DNA of 64,000 nucleotides from a virus: IMG/VR virus record IMGVR_UViG_3300031772_002569, positions 1 to 64,000 of that record; one strand, 5' to 3'. Shown piece by piece: positions 49,536 to 58,885 of this stretch (position 1 is its first letter; each line of letters starts with the position of its first letter). The notes under the pieces were generated by a model. It saw only the letters and a program-made list of their open reading frames with translations, ran no database searches and was not told where the DNA came from. The position numbers and the translations under genes were made by a program.

Positions 49536-51864
49536 AGTCAATAAATACTTCCAAGTGGTCACATACATATCCTTTGGTTAGACTCTTGGATTTATCTCCG
49601 AATTCACCGTTTTTTGAAGTCGTGGACATTCTGTGTAATTCTTTTCGTAAAGCGTCCCTATATGGGCCTGAATCGGTTTTTACCCACCATCCTTTTTTAT
49701 CCAGTATGTTTTCTTCCTTTACATGTTCACCTAGATGGTGCCACAATGGTCCCTCGTATGTGAATTTCTTACGTGATGAATTGGTGTATAAAAACGTATC
49801 GTATTTTTCTTCCCACGACTTATCATCATCCGCATCTACATCCACGCCTTTTTTCGCTCTTTGAAAAGACCAAGGAGATCCTTCTTCTTTGTCTGTTAAT
49901 TTTTTATAATCAGGATGTTGATTAGTTATTTTGTTTCCTTCTTTGTCTTTGACGTATTGTGTTCTTTGTCTCTGTCCTTTTCCTCTACTCTTCGGATCTG
50001 TGAATTCGCTTCCTCCTAACAGAAATTTTTCTATGTAAGGCCACACAAATGCGTAAATACCTTTTTTGGATGGAGGTTGATGGAATGTGGAATCTTCTTC
50101 TCTTCCTCCTTTATATCCTTTTTGCTTTGTTAAACTTAATCCACCGTAAGTTACAAACGTTAACTTTTTATCTTTAAATGGATTATGTTTTTCCTCTTTT
50201 ATTCCTGTTTTTAATTTGAATGATGGACAGTGCATAGAATGTTTTAACGTATCCGATGAATCGATACTGCTTTTGTGTTTTTTAATGATTCTTCCTGTTT
50301 TGTTTTTTATCCAAATAGATGCTGATTGTTTAATTTCATCATCTGGATTACCCCACCAAAAAATGAAATCTGAATCCTCTCTCCATCTCCACCTGTCATC
50401 GTTTCTGTTATATCCAGGTACTTGAAAATGAGTCAAAACTTCGTCTGACGAATTTATTGCTTTAACGTTATAGTCATTATCCACGGTTCCTACCCATATT
50501 CGAGTTTTGTTTTCTTTATTTTCTTTCAGTGAAGCTTTTTTGTCATACAACTGATTAATTCCGTCTCTCAATTTTTTAAGTTGGCCAAATTGTCTCAATG
50601 ACTTGAAAACTATATTTTCATTACTAAATTCTCCCTTGGAACTAAGCCCCACTTCTCGGTATGCAGTGATAGATTTCATTAATTCTTTAAGGTTTTCTAA
50701 GTCTTCTGACTCTAATGAGGATTTTATCTTGTGACAAATTTGGTGGTATTTTTTCTTTATTAATCCTCTATCGAGTTGTATGTTTTGTTTTTCTGGTTCT
50801 TTAACCCATTCATCAGTCAATACTGAATAGACTCCTATTGAACGATTGTTGTCGCCTAAATCTTGTATATAAACTTCTACATTATGACCCTTTATTCTTA
50901 TCGATTCGTGTTCTGTGTTCCATCTGAATCCATAATTATTCATTATTTTTCTTACATATTCCGGATCAATTTTTTCCTTAGATATGTCAACGACTATATG
51001 AAGATCTATGTCGCTGGAGGGAGTCCAGTTGTAGTTTGCTGAAGAACCTAAAAATAGTATGTCCTCTATTCCTTGTTTTAAATCTGTGTTTTTATAGAAA
51101 TCACTGGCTACACTTAACAAGCTTTTTCTTACTTCTGGTCTAAGTTTATTTTCATCATTCCAAAGATTTTTATCTAAACTTTTATTTACCACTCTCATTT
51201 TGGATTCTGCAATAGAACCTTTCATGTAATTGGCTTGAGCTATGCTTTTATAGTCTCCTTGTGCTTGTATTTTTTTTGCGTATGAATTTTTAATATTACT
51301 CTCTAATTCATCGTCAGTCATTCCTACACTTTGTTGTAACGATTTTATCTTTTTTCTTAGAATTATTTTTTCGTCTGGAGTAGCAGTGTGTAATTGTATG
51401 ATTAATGATATTAACTCTTTTCTGATATCCTGACTCATTTCCTTTGAATTTGTAGTAATTTTTGGTTTCCATTTTTCTAGGTATCTACTATTCGAAAATT
51501 CCCAATCAAATTCTTTTATGTTTAATCGTAATTTTTTAAACATATCCTCTATTACTTGATGATATTTATAGGTAGTTTCTCGGCTATCATATACCGATGC
51601 TATATAATTTTCCGGCCACATGCGACCACATACTAATTCTTTAGAGTAGTCTGAGGGGTCTATTGAATCTCTTAACGATTCGTGCCATCCATGAATGTAA
51701 TCAGTACTGGTATGGATACATTTTATTTGTGTATCAGAACCATTACGTGATTGATATACCAAGAAAGCAACATTCGGCTTTTGGTCTGAACAACTTATTA
51801 TTTCTTCTCCATTGAACGAGACTGTATCCGGATCTTCTTTTAAGATGGGGACTTTTGTATGCAT
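49525..51864 (-). CDS. Multidomain late protein containing a Pol-beta-superfamily nucleotidyltransferase domain
   Basis: LGSSANYNWTPSSDIDLHIVVD, VEVYIQD, GEFSNENIVFKSLR; flanked by unrelated modules. Confidence 0.75.
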   Translation of the reverse strand: MHTKVPILKEDPDTVSFNGEEIISCSDQKPNVAFLVYQSRNGSDTQIKCIHTSTDYIHGWHESLRDSIDPSDYSKELVCGRMWPENYIASVYDSRETTYKYHQVIEDMFKKLRLNIKEFDWEFSNSRYLEKWKPKITTNSKEMSQDIRKELISLIIQLHTATPDEKIILRKKIKSLQQSVGMTDDELESNIKNSYAKKIQAQGDYKSIAQANYMKGSIAESKMRVVNKSLDKNLWNDENKLRPEVRKSLLSVASDFYKNTDLKQGIEDILFLGSSANYNWTPSSDIDLHIVVDISKEKIDPEYVRKIMNNYGFRWNTEHESIRIKGHNVEVYIQDLGDNNRSIGVYSVLTDEWVKEPEKQNIQLDRGLIKKKYHQICHKIKSSLESEDLENLKELMKSITAYREVGLSSKGEFSNENIVFKSLRQFGQLKKLRDGINQLYDKKASLKENKENKTRIWVGTVDNDYNVKAINSSDEVLTHFQVPGYNRNDDRWRWREDSDFIFWWGNPDDEIKQSASIWIKNKTGRIIKKHKSSIDSSDTLKHSMHCPSFKLKTGIKEEKHNPFKDKKLTFVTYGGLSLTKQKGYKGGREEDSTFHQPPSKKGIYAFVWPYIEKFLLGGSEFTDPKSRGKGQRQRTQYVKDKEGNKITNQHPDYKKLTDKEEGSPWSFQRAKKGVDVDADDDKSWEEKYDTFLYTNSSRKKFTYEGPLWHHLGEHVKEENILDKKGWWVKTDSGPYRDALRKELHRMSTTSKNGEFGDKSKSLTKGYVCDHLEVFIDSKI

Positions 51865-52664
51865 TACTTACGGGATTTTATTCCCTTGATTTTCTTGGAT
51901 TTTACAGACTCTCCCATTCCATTATTGGCATAATATTTTTCTGCATGGGATAGACTGTCTTCGTGACACGATGGGCATAATGTGGATGATGTTCCTGGAT
52001 GTATTTTCTTTCCACATTTTTTACATTTTCCACTCTTTATAGCTTGTTGTGTTCTATCTTTTTCTGATTGATTTGAATCCTCGCCTAATCTGTTCCCTTC
52101 AATTAATTCATCAATCCGACTCTGTATTAATCTTGAAGCGTGGTCAATGTCATAAGTAGAAGCGGTTTTTGAATTTTTTACCAACCAATATGCAGCACTT
52201 TGAATCTGCATCATTAAGTTTAGTTTTTTACCCTTCTCGTGATCGTCGTTTTCTTCTTGAATTACCTCTTGAACCAATTGTGTTATTACCTCTTTTAATG
52301 TGGTAGTTGCATCACCTGGTTTGCTGCTAACTTTGTATTCTTCAGAATTTGGTTGTTCACCCCAATAATGAACGTCACCGTGTTCTTCAGCTAACGATAA
52401 ATCTTTCTTTCCATACATTTCTTCGTATGCAGTCTTTAAATCTACAGCGGGAGATTTTGGATCACGGACATGAAATATCTTATTGGTTAATGGAACATTT
52501 CTTTGAATTTCGGTTTTACCGGCCGGCAACTCAACCTCTACGGCAGCCGTCCTATTGTCTGGGTTCATTTCTATCTTTTTAATAGAAAATGTTTGTGGTC
52601 TTAATCCAGTGGTAACTATGAAAATCTTATTATACTGTTGTGAGGATGGTCTTATTGGTATCAT
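51864..52664 (-). CDS. Hypothetical modular late protein with C-terminal zinc ribbon
   Basis: LKEVITQLVQEVIQEE; CKKC...CPSC; TATTTATA at 52698-52705. Confidence 0.65.
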   Translation of the reverse strand: MIPIRPSSQQYNKIFIVTTGLRPQTFSIKKIEMNPDNRTAAVEVELPAGKTEIQRNVPLTNKIFHVRDPKSPAVDLKTAYEEMYGKKDLSLAEEHGDVHYWGEQPNSEEYKVSSKPGDATTTLKEVITQLVQEVIQEENDDHEKGKKLNLMMQIQSAAYWLVKNSKTASTYDIDHASRLIQSRIDELIEGNRLGEDSNQSEKDRTQQAIKSGKCKKCGKKIHPGTSSTLCPSCHEDSLSHAEKYYANNGMGESVKSKKIKGIKSRK

Positions 52665-52762
52665 ACGTATTCTTTTAAAATGTTTATTGTATCTCTTTAT
52701 AAATATAGACAGTTAGTTTACTAATGATAATTTTTACATACTTACATTGTATAAAATATGTC

Positions 52763-53263
52763 TTACACATATTGTTCTAATGTTTTTATTGTATTACGTG
52801 TATTGGTATGCAATATTCCTATTCCTCCTTTACTTATCCATTCATCTATTACAATTTTTGTATCATCTATCATAATATCATTAGGTTTCGAATACTCTTG
52901 TTTTTTATGTTTATTAACAACTAAAATAATGTCACTCTCACGCAAGGATGGGATGTGTCTTCGTAACCAAGTCATTTTACCTTTATAGACTACATTATCA
53001 ACTTCATTACGTTTGCCCATAGCACTTAGTATTTTAACTCTCAAGAAATTGGATGTCACGTAAGACCATAATTCTTTACCGTCATCAAGCCACTCCAGAT
53101 CAATAAAGAATCGTTCCACACCGTAATTTTCAGCGACAGACCAAGCACTATCATCACTACCAAAATAATCCCTTGGTTTTCCACTGATCCTTTCTATACC
53201 ACCATTAAAATTTACAATTACTCCATCCATATCCACATACACCGTTCTGTTTATTTCGTTCAT
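52763..53263 (-). CDS. HAD-family 5'(3')-nucleotidase (NT5C-like)
   Basis: VYVDMDGVIVNF, ILSA, GKMTWL, IMIDD, GGIGILH. Confidence 0.88.
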   Translation of the reverse strand: MNEINRTVYVDMDGVIVNFNGGIERISGKPRDYFGSDDSAWSVAENYGVERFFIDLEWLDDGKELWSYVTSNFLRVKILSAMGKRNEVDNVVYKGKMTWLRRHIPSLRESDIILVVNKHKKQEYSKPNDIMIDDTKIVIDEWISKGGIGILHTNTRNTIKTLEQYV

Positions 53264-53311
53264 ATATTTGTTTGTTTATGTCTATAAATAGTTTATCATC
53301 ATTATAACAAA

Positions 53312-53380
53312 TTGACAACTTATTTTTTACTTGTACTTTAGAGCGAGAGCGAAACAATGAGCGATAGCGAGGTGTAGCGA
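53312..53380 (+). promoter_or_regulatory. Sigma70-like promoter followed by five AGCGA repeats (non-coding)
   Basis: TTGACA-16-TACTTT; AGCGA at 53342, 53348, 53360, 53366, 53376. Confidence 0.45.
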
Positions 53381-53451
53381 CTGGCTCGATTGAATAAAGT
53401 AGAAAGTTATGATCAAATATAACTGGTTTAAAAGTACAAAGTAAATACTAG

Positions 53452-53530
53452 GTACTGAGTACTGAGTACTGAGTACTGAGTACTGAGTACTGAGTACTGA
53501 GTACTGAGTACTGAGTACACTGGAGTACTG
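53452..53530. repeat. Tandem 7-mer repeat (GTACTGA)9 plus degenerate copies
   Basis: Nine perfect units at 53452-53514; the junctions create AGTACT palindromes. Confidence 0.95.
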
Positions 53531-53535
53531 GAAAT

Positions 53536-53730
53536 TTATTTAGGAAGGAATCTAGTTTTTAAAATTTTAGATTTTATCTCTCTTACAAACTTAGGATATT
53601 CTACTGATCCGGTTTCGTGCCAGGCATTTGACCCACAACGTTGTCCGTAGTCAGGCCCAGGTAAAACATGAGATAAATTTTCGTCATCGTATTCAACGAA
53701 AATCGGCTTCACTCTTGATGATTTTTTCAT
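53536..53730 (-). CDS. Small hypothetical protein
   Basis: 64 aa; TATTTATT at 53746-53753 upstream. Confidence 0.5.
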   Translation of the reverse strand: MKKSSRVKPIFVEYDDENLSHVLPGPDYGQRCGSNAWHETGSVEYPKFVREIKSKILKTRFLPK

Positions 53731-53798
53731 ACCAACTCCACTGGTAATAAATATAAAAATCTATTACAAATAGTGAAAGTTAATATGTAAATTTTCTA

Positions 53799-54548
53799 TT
53801 AAAAACCTTCTCCTTTATTACTTGCATCAACGATTCTCTTTATTTCATTTCCGGAATGTTGAATCAGTGATTTTAATCCAAAATGTAAAGGAGATGGCCA
53901 CCGTCCATATTCTACCCACTTATATTTATCTGTTTCCCAATTTAATTTTGGGTCAAATTCGTCATCTACAACGGCTAAGAAATTGTGATATTGGAATCCG
54001 GATTTTTGGTCTTTGTAAACATACAACGGAATAAGTTTTTCAATTATTCCCCTAAACCCTACTTCTTCGGATGCTTCTCTTGATACAGCCTGTGATGGAT
54101 TTTCACCCGAGTCAATTGCACCACCCCACACACCCCAAGTTTCAGGTTGTAAAACCATAGCTGATCTCAACGGCAAAAGAAGTCGTCCGGTGGTTTTTGC
54201 CATAAAAATACAACCAGCTCCCTGTTTTCCCCAAAAGCCCGTTTTGACCAAAGCATCTCCGTGTTCTGAATCGGATTCTTTTAGGACTCCTGAAATCTTA
54301 TCAACCAACGCATCATATTCAGTATCCTCAGGTTCTTCTTGGTATTCTTTTTCTAACACATCTCTAGCTTTTTGTAATGCACGAAATACATCCAATCGGT
54401 CATTTGTCTTCAACGCACGGTCGATAAACTGAACAGCGACCTGCATATCCAAAATAAAGTCTGCCACGGAATCATCCGCCACCGATATCATATCCATTAG
54501 TTGTTCCTTAGCCTCGGCAAGTAATTCTATCAATTCATCGTTTGTCAT
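53799..54548 (-). CDS. Nudix hydrolase with N-terminal helical module
   Basis: Complete Nudix box GAIDSGENPSQAVSREASEEVG; ATG at 54548 is coupled to the upstream stop. Confidence 0.88.
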   Translation of the reverse strand: MTNDELIELLAEAKEQLMDMISVADDSVADFILDMQVAVQFIDRALKTNDRLDVFRALQKARDVLEKEYQEEPEDTEYDALVDKISGVLKESDSEHGDALVKTGFWGKQGAGCIFMAKTTGRLLLPLRSAMVLQPETWGVWGGAIDSGENPSQAVSREASEEVGFRGIIEKLIPLYVYKDQKSGFQYHNFLAVVDDEFDPKLNWETDKYKWVEYGRWPSPLHFGLKSLIQHSGNEIKRIVDASNKGEGF

Positions 54549-55639
54549 GTCAACCCTTTCCAATCTCCAACTATTTTTTCATCCCAATACAGAATGTTTA
54601 CAATTTGTTTGTTTCTGAAAAACGGATGTGATTTAATATAATCATCAACTTTAGGGTTATGATGCCAAGAAGAATGTTTTGTATCGTCGGAAATCATAAC
54701 CTCAATCTCCTTACCCCTAACTACGTAAATTAATATAGAAACGTAATCCGCGTCAATACGTTTTCCAAGAAAATTTCTAACTTGATAATGATATGCGACC
54801 ATTCGATTCCACACATAGGCATTTTTGCCTGAAATAATCAATCCATACTGGTCATGTGCTACACATTCTTTTACCTCCCTATCGGTTGGGTCTATAAAAA
54901 CTTCTACATAATCTGACTTGCCGGCGATGTTTGTCGTGAAAGAACTCAAAAACGATTCCCCTATGGTTCCCAGATTATGGATTCCCTTCGCCTGATAATC
55001 TCTTATGTCATTTAAAGTGGAATCCCCACCTTCTACGAACCAACGAGACATAGAACCCAGGCCATGAATAAAATTCAAAAGTTGGTCCATTTTTATAATT
55101 TTCTTTTCTGGCTCCCGTTCAGACTCAACACCAACAGCTATTTTATACAAAGTCCTACTCCTATCGCTATACCTACCATTTCCTCCGGATTCCATCTCTC
55201 CAGTGTTTCTAAACCTGTTGGAACCCGACTTATCAGATATAAAAACGAACCACCTATCCCATTCCTCTTCTGTTATATCTTTGTATTCATCCTTTTCAAA
55301 AAAGCTAGCAGCCGCATTACCATCTTTTATATCACTGTTGATTAAAATTTTAATGATTGTAGTTCTAAGAATTGACCAAATCTTTTCTAATAACTTATCA
55401 TCAACCCTACTATATTTTACAAATTTTGCCCAAACCAATTTCAAATCCCTCGCCGGAACCAACTTCCAAGATTGATGTTTTTGACCAGATTGAAATTCTT
55501 GCCTAACATCTTCCTCGACATCCGTGAAATCCCTCACTAACTCACGTGCATGGGGGTTATGACCACCGATATTAAGATGAAGTTGATCAGATTCACCAAT
55601 ACACTGGTCAACCATCTTTTGTAATTCAGATTTTTTCAT
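54545..55639 (-). CDS. Two-module late protein with KxxIxE-like leader
   Basis: MKKSELQKMVDQCIGE; internal TIGE junction; TATTTATT at 55645-55652. Confidence 0.65.
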   Translation of the reverse strand: MKKSELQKMVDQCIGESDQLHLNIGGHNPHARELVRDFTDVEEDVRQEFQSGQKHQSWKLVPARDLKLVWAKFVKYSRVDDKLLEKIWSILRTTIIKILINSDIKDGNAAASFFEKDEYKDITEEEWDRWFVFISDKSGSNRFRNTGEMESGGNGRYSDRSRTLYKIAVGVESEREPEKKIIKMDQLLNFIHGLGSMSRWFVEGGDSTLNDIRDYQAKGIHNLGTIGESFLSSFTTNIAGKSDYVEVFIDPTDREVKECVAHDQYGLIISGKNAYVWNRMVAYHYQVRNFLGKRIDADYVSILIYVVRGKEIEVMISDDTKHSSWHHNPKVDDYIKSHPFFRNKQIVNILYWDEKIVGDWKGLT

Positions 55640-55662
55640 CTTTTAATAAATATCAACCAATC

Positions 55663-55692
55663 AAACAAAAAGGGTTCCCTTTCGGGAACCCT
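55663..55692 (-). terminator. Intrinsic terminator of the tail sheath gene
   Basis: AGGGTTCCC-GAAA-GGGAACCCT followed by TTTTGTTT. Confidence 0.9.
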
Positions 55693-55720
55693 CTTCTAGC
55701 TTGCGCGGAACTGTAGGAGA

Positions 55721-58700
55721 TTAAGCGTTTGGAAAGCTAGCACCCGTAGGGAGCACGTTGAAATCCAACACTATGAATTCTGATGTTCTTGTTGGCTTAA
55801 TATAGATTTGACCATACAAGACGTTTCTATCGATGATATCAGGAGTATTGTTTTCTTCATCCATTTTAACGAAGAAGGCATACAATCCGGACCTTTGTTG
55901 AACAGATTCCATATAAGGATTTACAACGCTCAAGAACTTGTTTCTTGTGGCAGATGTGTTTTGTTCAAATGTCAAGAACTTCGATGTTGAAGCAACGAAC
56001 TTCTTTAGATTGATTAACAACCTACGAACACTGATACGATCCAAAGCCGTAGAGTCATTTTGAAGAGTCTTTTGACCCCAAACAACAACTCCCTGACCAG
56101 GGAACGAAGCGATAGGATTAACCTTACCCTCATACAACGTATCACGTTCTTCGTGAGTAGTTCTATCAGTTACTTGAACAGCGATAGCGATTCCACCACG
56201 ATTCAATCCAGCAGGAGCATACCATTCGGCAGCAACCTTATCGTTAGCAGCGAACACAGATGGTAACACAACCGAAGGAGGAACTGTTACAATTTTATTT
56301 GTATTAGTGTCAAGAATCTTGACCCAAGGATAATAAGCACCAGCATAGTTGGTGTCATATTCGGCTGCATCAGCAACGACTTCATCAATTTGACCGCTGG
56401 TTGGATTACCGTCATCCACATACAAATCCATGATAAAGAAACAATCTCCACGAGCCTCACACATATCAACTACCAAGTTGGTAACATAAGGATGATGTTG
56501 ATGAACAATACCGGGAACAACAATCAAGTTGATATCAAATTCGTCTGCATTTCCCAAAGCGGTTATTGCTTGATTATAAGCAATCGAACCGGCTGAAGAA
56601 ATACTTGTACAATTTAATCCTTGTGTGTTTCCAGGAGATATATCACCACCAACGTTGATTGGAGTAGCAGGAGATTGACCGTCAAATCCTCCTTGGAATC
56701 CAACCACGAACTTACGCATTTTAACGTAAGTGGATTCGTTAGCTGAATCATACTCAGAAGGAACAATGTTACTTCCCGTAACCAATGAACCAGTTCCGAC
56801 TCCGTATAATCTGTAGTCATCATCAAGCGAGAATAGGATATTTCTTCCAATCGAACCGTAAGAACCAAATTCAGGAAGTGGGCTTAGGTATTGAATGTTA
56901 TCGTCAGCCGCTCCAATTCCAAGAGAGGAAGTTGGATACAAAGATGACAATTCCGCGTCAGCTCCGGTAGGAGCATCGTCGAAAACTATACCTGATGGAT
57001 ACTTTCCAGGATTCAAACCATAGACAGAGGCCTTAGAATACTTGAGTGTAGGAATCCAATTTCCAGCGCTGCTGTTCACAGGAACAGACAAAGCCTCAAA
57101 TCCGTAAGGAACCACAGACTCAGGAACAACAGAGTCAATCATTTCGATACGAACATTTTTGCTGTTATTCGTATAGGTTCCAAACTCAATGATCTTGCCT
57201 TGGAAATTAATGTAATTATATCTATCACCCACTCTACGAGCAATGAAGTTAGAAGAGTCAGGATTAAGATTAACGTTATTGAACTGTTCCATTATTTGTG
57301 GTCGTTTGTCACTATCACTGTATTTACGAACAGTTAATGTGAACGAACCCCAATCGCTTCCTGCGACAGTACCTGCCAATTTAACATTGCTTATTTCAAT
57401 TTTAAATTGTTTGTTAGTGATAGTTCCATCCGACAACGTATGAACCTTAAACAAGCGGAACCTTGTTGGGTTTTGGCCACTCTGCCAAGGAGCTATCTTT
57501 TGGGATACTATCCAAGGAGTAGAAGCGTGGGTTATAGAGAACTCACTATCACCGTTGGTCAAATCACGGCTGAATTCATCTGTGAAATCAAGCGGATTTC
57601 CAATAAAGTTTACTCCATCAGGAAGAACACTTCCGGTAATGGCCCAAACAGTATTGTTAGCATACACATCAGCAATGGCGTTATTAAACACCTTGTAAAG
57701 ATAAGAAGCTTCAATTTTCTGACCAGAAACTTGCGTAGCAGGGTCACCTGCGGTAGCAGAAAGTCCGAATACATTGGTGATATACTTGGTGCTAGAAGGA
57801 TTCAACGAGAACTGATAAGTTCCGATAGCAGTCGAACTATTAGTGCTTTTCAACGTCAGATTAAAATCTGAAGTAATCGAAGAAGCATTAACATTCGAGC
57901 TAGCGGAAATCAACGATGAATTGACGAATCCAGGAGCCACTAAATCAGAGATGCCTCCGTAAAGGGTATCACCCAATACTGCCAAAACCTTTAATTCAGC
58001 AGTAGATGCCGAAGCCCAAGTGTTTGTGCAAGGATCAAAGGTTGGTTGACCATTCGATGTAAATGTTCCATCATACTTACCAAACGAACCAGATAGAACA
58101 CCACGCAATTGAATTGTTGGCACTCCACAAGAACCTGTGGATGTATAGAACGAACCACTTATAAGATGGACTGATAAGAATGGGGCTGCGCCGCCGTTGT
58201 TGAAGTTCAATGTTACATCGCTAGAGAATGAACCACTGAATGTTCCAGCAACGATAGAGGCAGAAAGATTCGAACCAGTAGAAAACAAAGTTGACGTAAT
58301 CGTTGTATTGCCGAGAGAAACTGTTTGACCCGAATACAACACGGAACCACTCAAAGATGTTATGCTCAAAGCAGTGTCATCTGCTGCTACAGATTGGAAG
58401 GTCACGGTTACGGAAGCGGAATTCAATGTAAGAGTTCCAGAAGAAATAGATACACTTTGGCTATAATTTGCTGCAATTGAACCAGACAAGGTAATATAAG
58501 AACTACCAGAAACTAATGCACCGGCAGAACCATTACGATTCCACGTTCCCTTTACACCCCAAATTACGAAAGGATAATTTTGTTTGTATCCGGTCAATCC
58601 ACCAACACGAACGACGGTAACAAGACCACGTTCCTTTAAGTATTCTCCAGCAGTATATGGACCGTAGTAAACACCATCTGGAACACCGAACTGAGATTGA

Positions 58701-58885
58701 AGATCATTGATATCTGTTATGAGTTTTGGTGAAAATGCTGGACCTTTAGCGAAAGGTGCCACAACTGCAGCACCAATGTCAGCCACCCCTTGAGCGACCC
58801 CAGACAGGTCATTCTCACGCGTGAATACACCGGGACTCACAATTCTATCTTCTGGACTGAAACGTCCTCCTTCTTGGATTGGCAT
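55721..58885 (-). CDS. Tail sheath protein (T4 gp18-like)
   Basis: SPGVFTRE, KGPAF, YYPWV, WYAPAGLNRG, VWGQKTLQ, LDRISVRRLL, PTRTSEFIVLDF. Confidence 0.95.
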   Translation of the reverse strand: MPIQEGGRFSPEDRIVSPGVFTRENDLSGVAQGVADIGAAVVAPFAKGPAFSPKLITDINDLQSQFGVPDGVYYGPYTAGEYLKERGLVTVVRVGGLTGYKQNYPFVIWGVKGTWNRNGSAGALVSGSSYITLSGSIAANYSQSVSISSGTLTLNSASVTVTFQSVAADDTALSITSLSGSVLYSGQTVSLGNTTITSTLFSTGSNLSASIVAGTFSGSFSSDVTLNFNNGGAAPFLSVHLISGSFYTSTGSCGVPTIQLRGVLSGSFGKYDGTFTSNGQPTFDPCTNTWASASTAELKVLAVLGDTLYGGISDLVAPGFVNSSLISASSNVNASSITSDFNLTLKSTNSSTAIGTYQFSLNPSSTKYITNVFGLSATAGDPATQVSGQKIEASYLYKVFNNAIADVYANNTVWAITGSVLPDGVNFIGNPLDFTDEFSRDLTNGDSEFSITHASTPWIVSQKIAPWQSGQNPTRFRLFKVHTLSDGTITNKQFKIEISNVKLAGTVAGSDWGSFTLTVRKYSDSDKRPQIMEQFNNVNLNPDSSNFIARRVGDRYNYINFQGKIIEFGTYTNNSKNVRIEMIDSVVPESVVPYGFEALSVPVNSSAGNWIPTLKYSKASVYGLNPGKYPSGIVFDDAPTGADAELSSLYPTSSLGIGAADDNIQYLSPLPEFGSYGSIGRNILFSLDDDYRLYGVGTGSLVTGSNIVPSEYDSANESTYVKMRKFVVGFQGGFDGQSPATPINVGGDISPGNTQGLNCTSISSAGSIAYNQAITALGNADEFDINLIVVPGIVHQHHPYVTNLVVDMCEARGDCFFIMDLYVDDGNPTSGQIDEVVADAAEYDTNYAGAYYPWVKILDTNTNKIVTVPPSVVLPSVFAANDKVAAEWYAPAGLNRGGIAIAVQVTDRTTHEERDTLYEGKVNPIASFPGQGVVVWGQKTLQNDSTALDRISVRRLLINLKKFVASTSKFLTFEQNTSATRNKFLSVVNPYMESVQQRSGLYAFFVKMDEENNTPDIIDRNVLYGQIYIKPTRTSEFIVLDFNVLPTGASFPNA

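Noticed and set aside
53452-53530. Repeat array as a CRISPR array
   Set aside because: 7-bp tandem units with no spacers and no cas genes.
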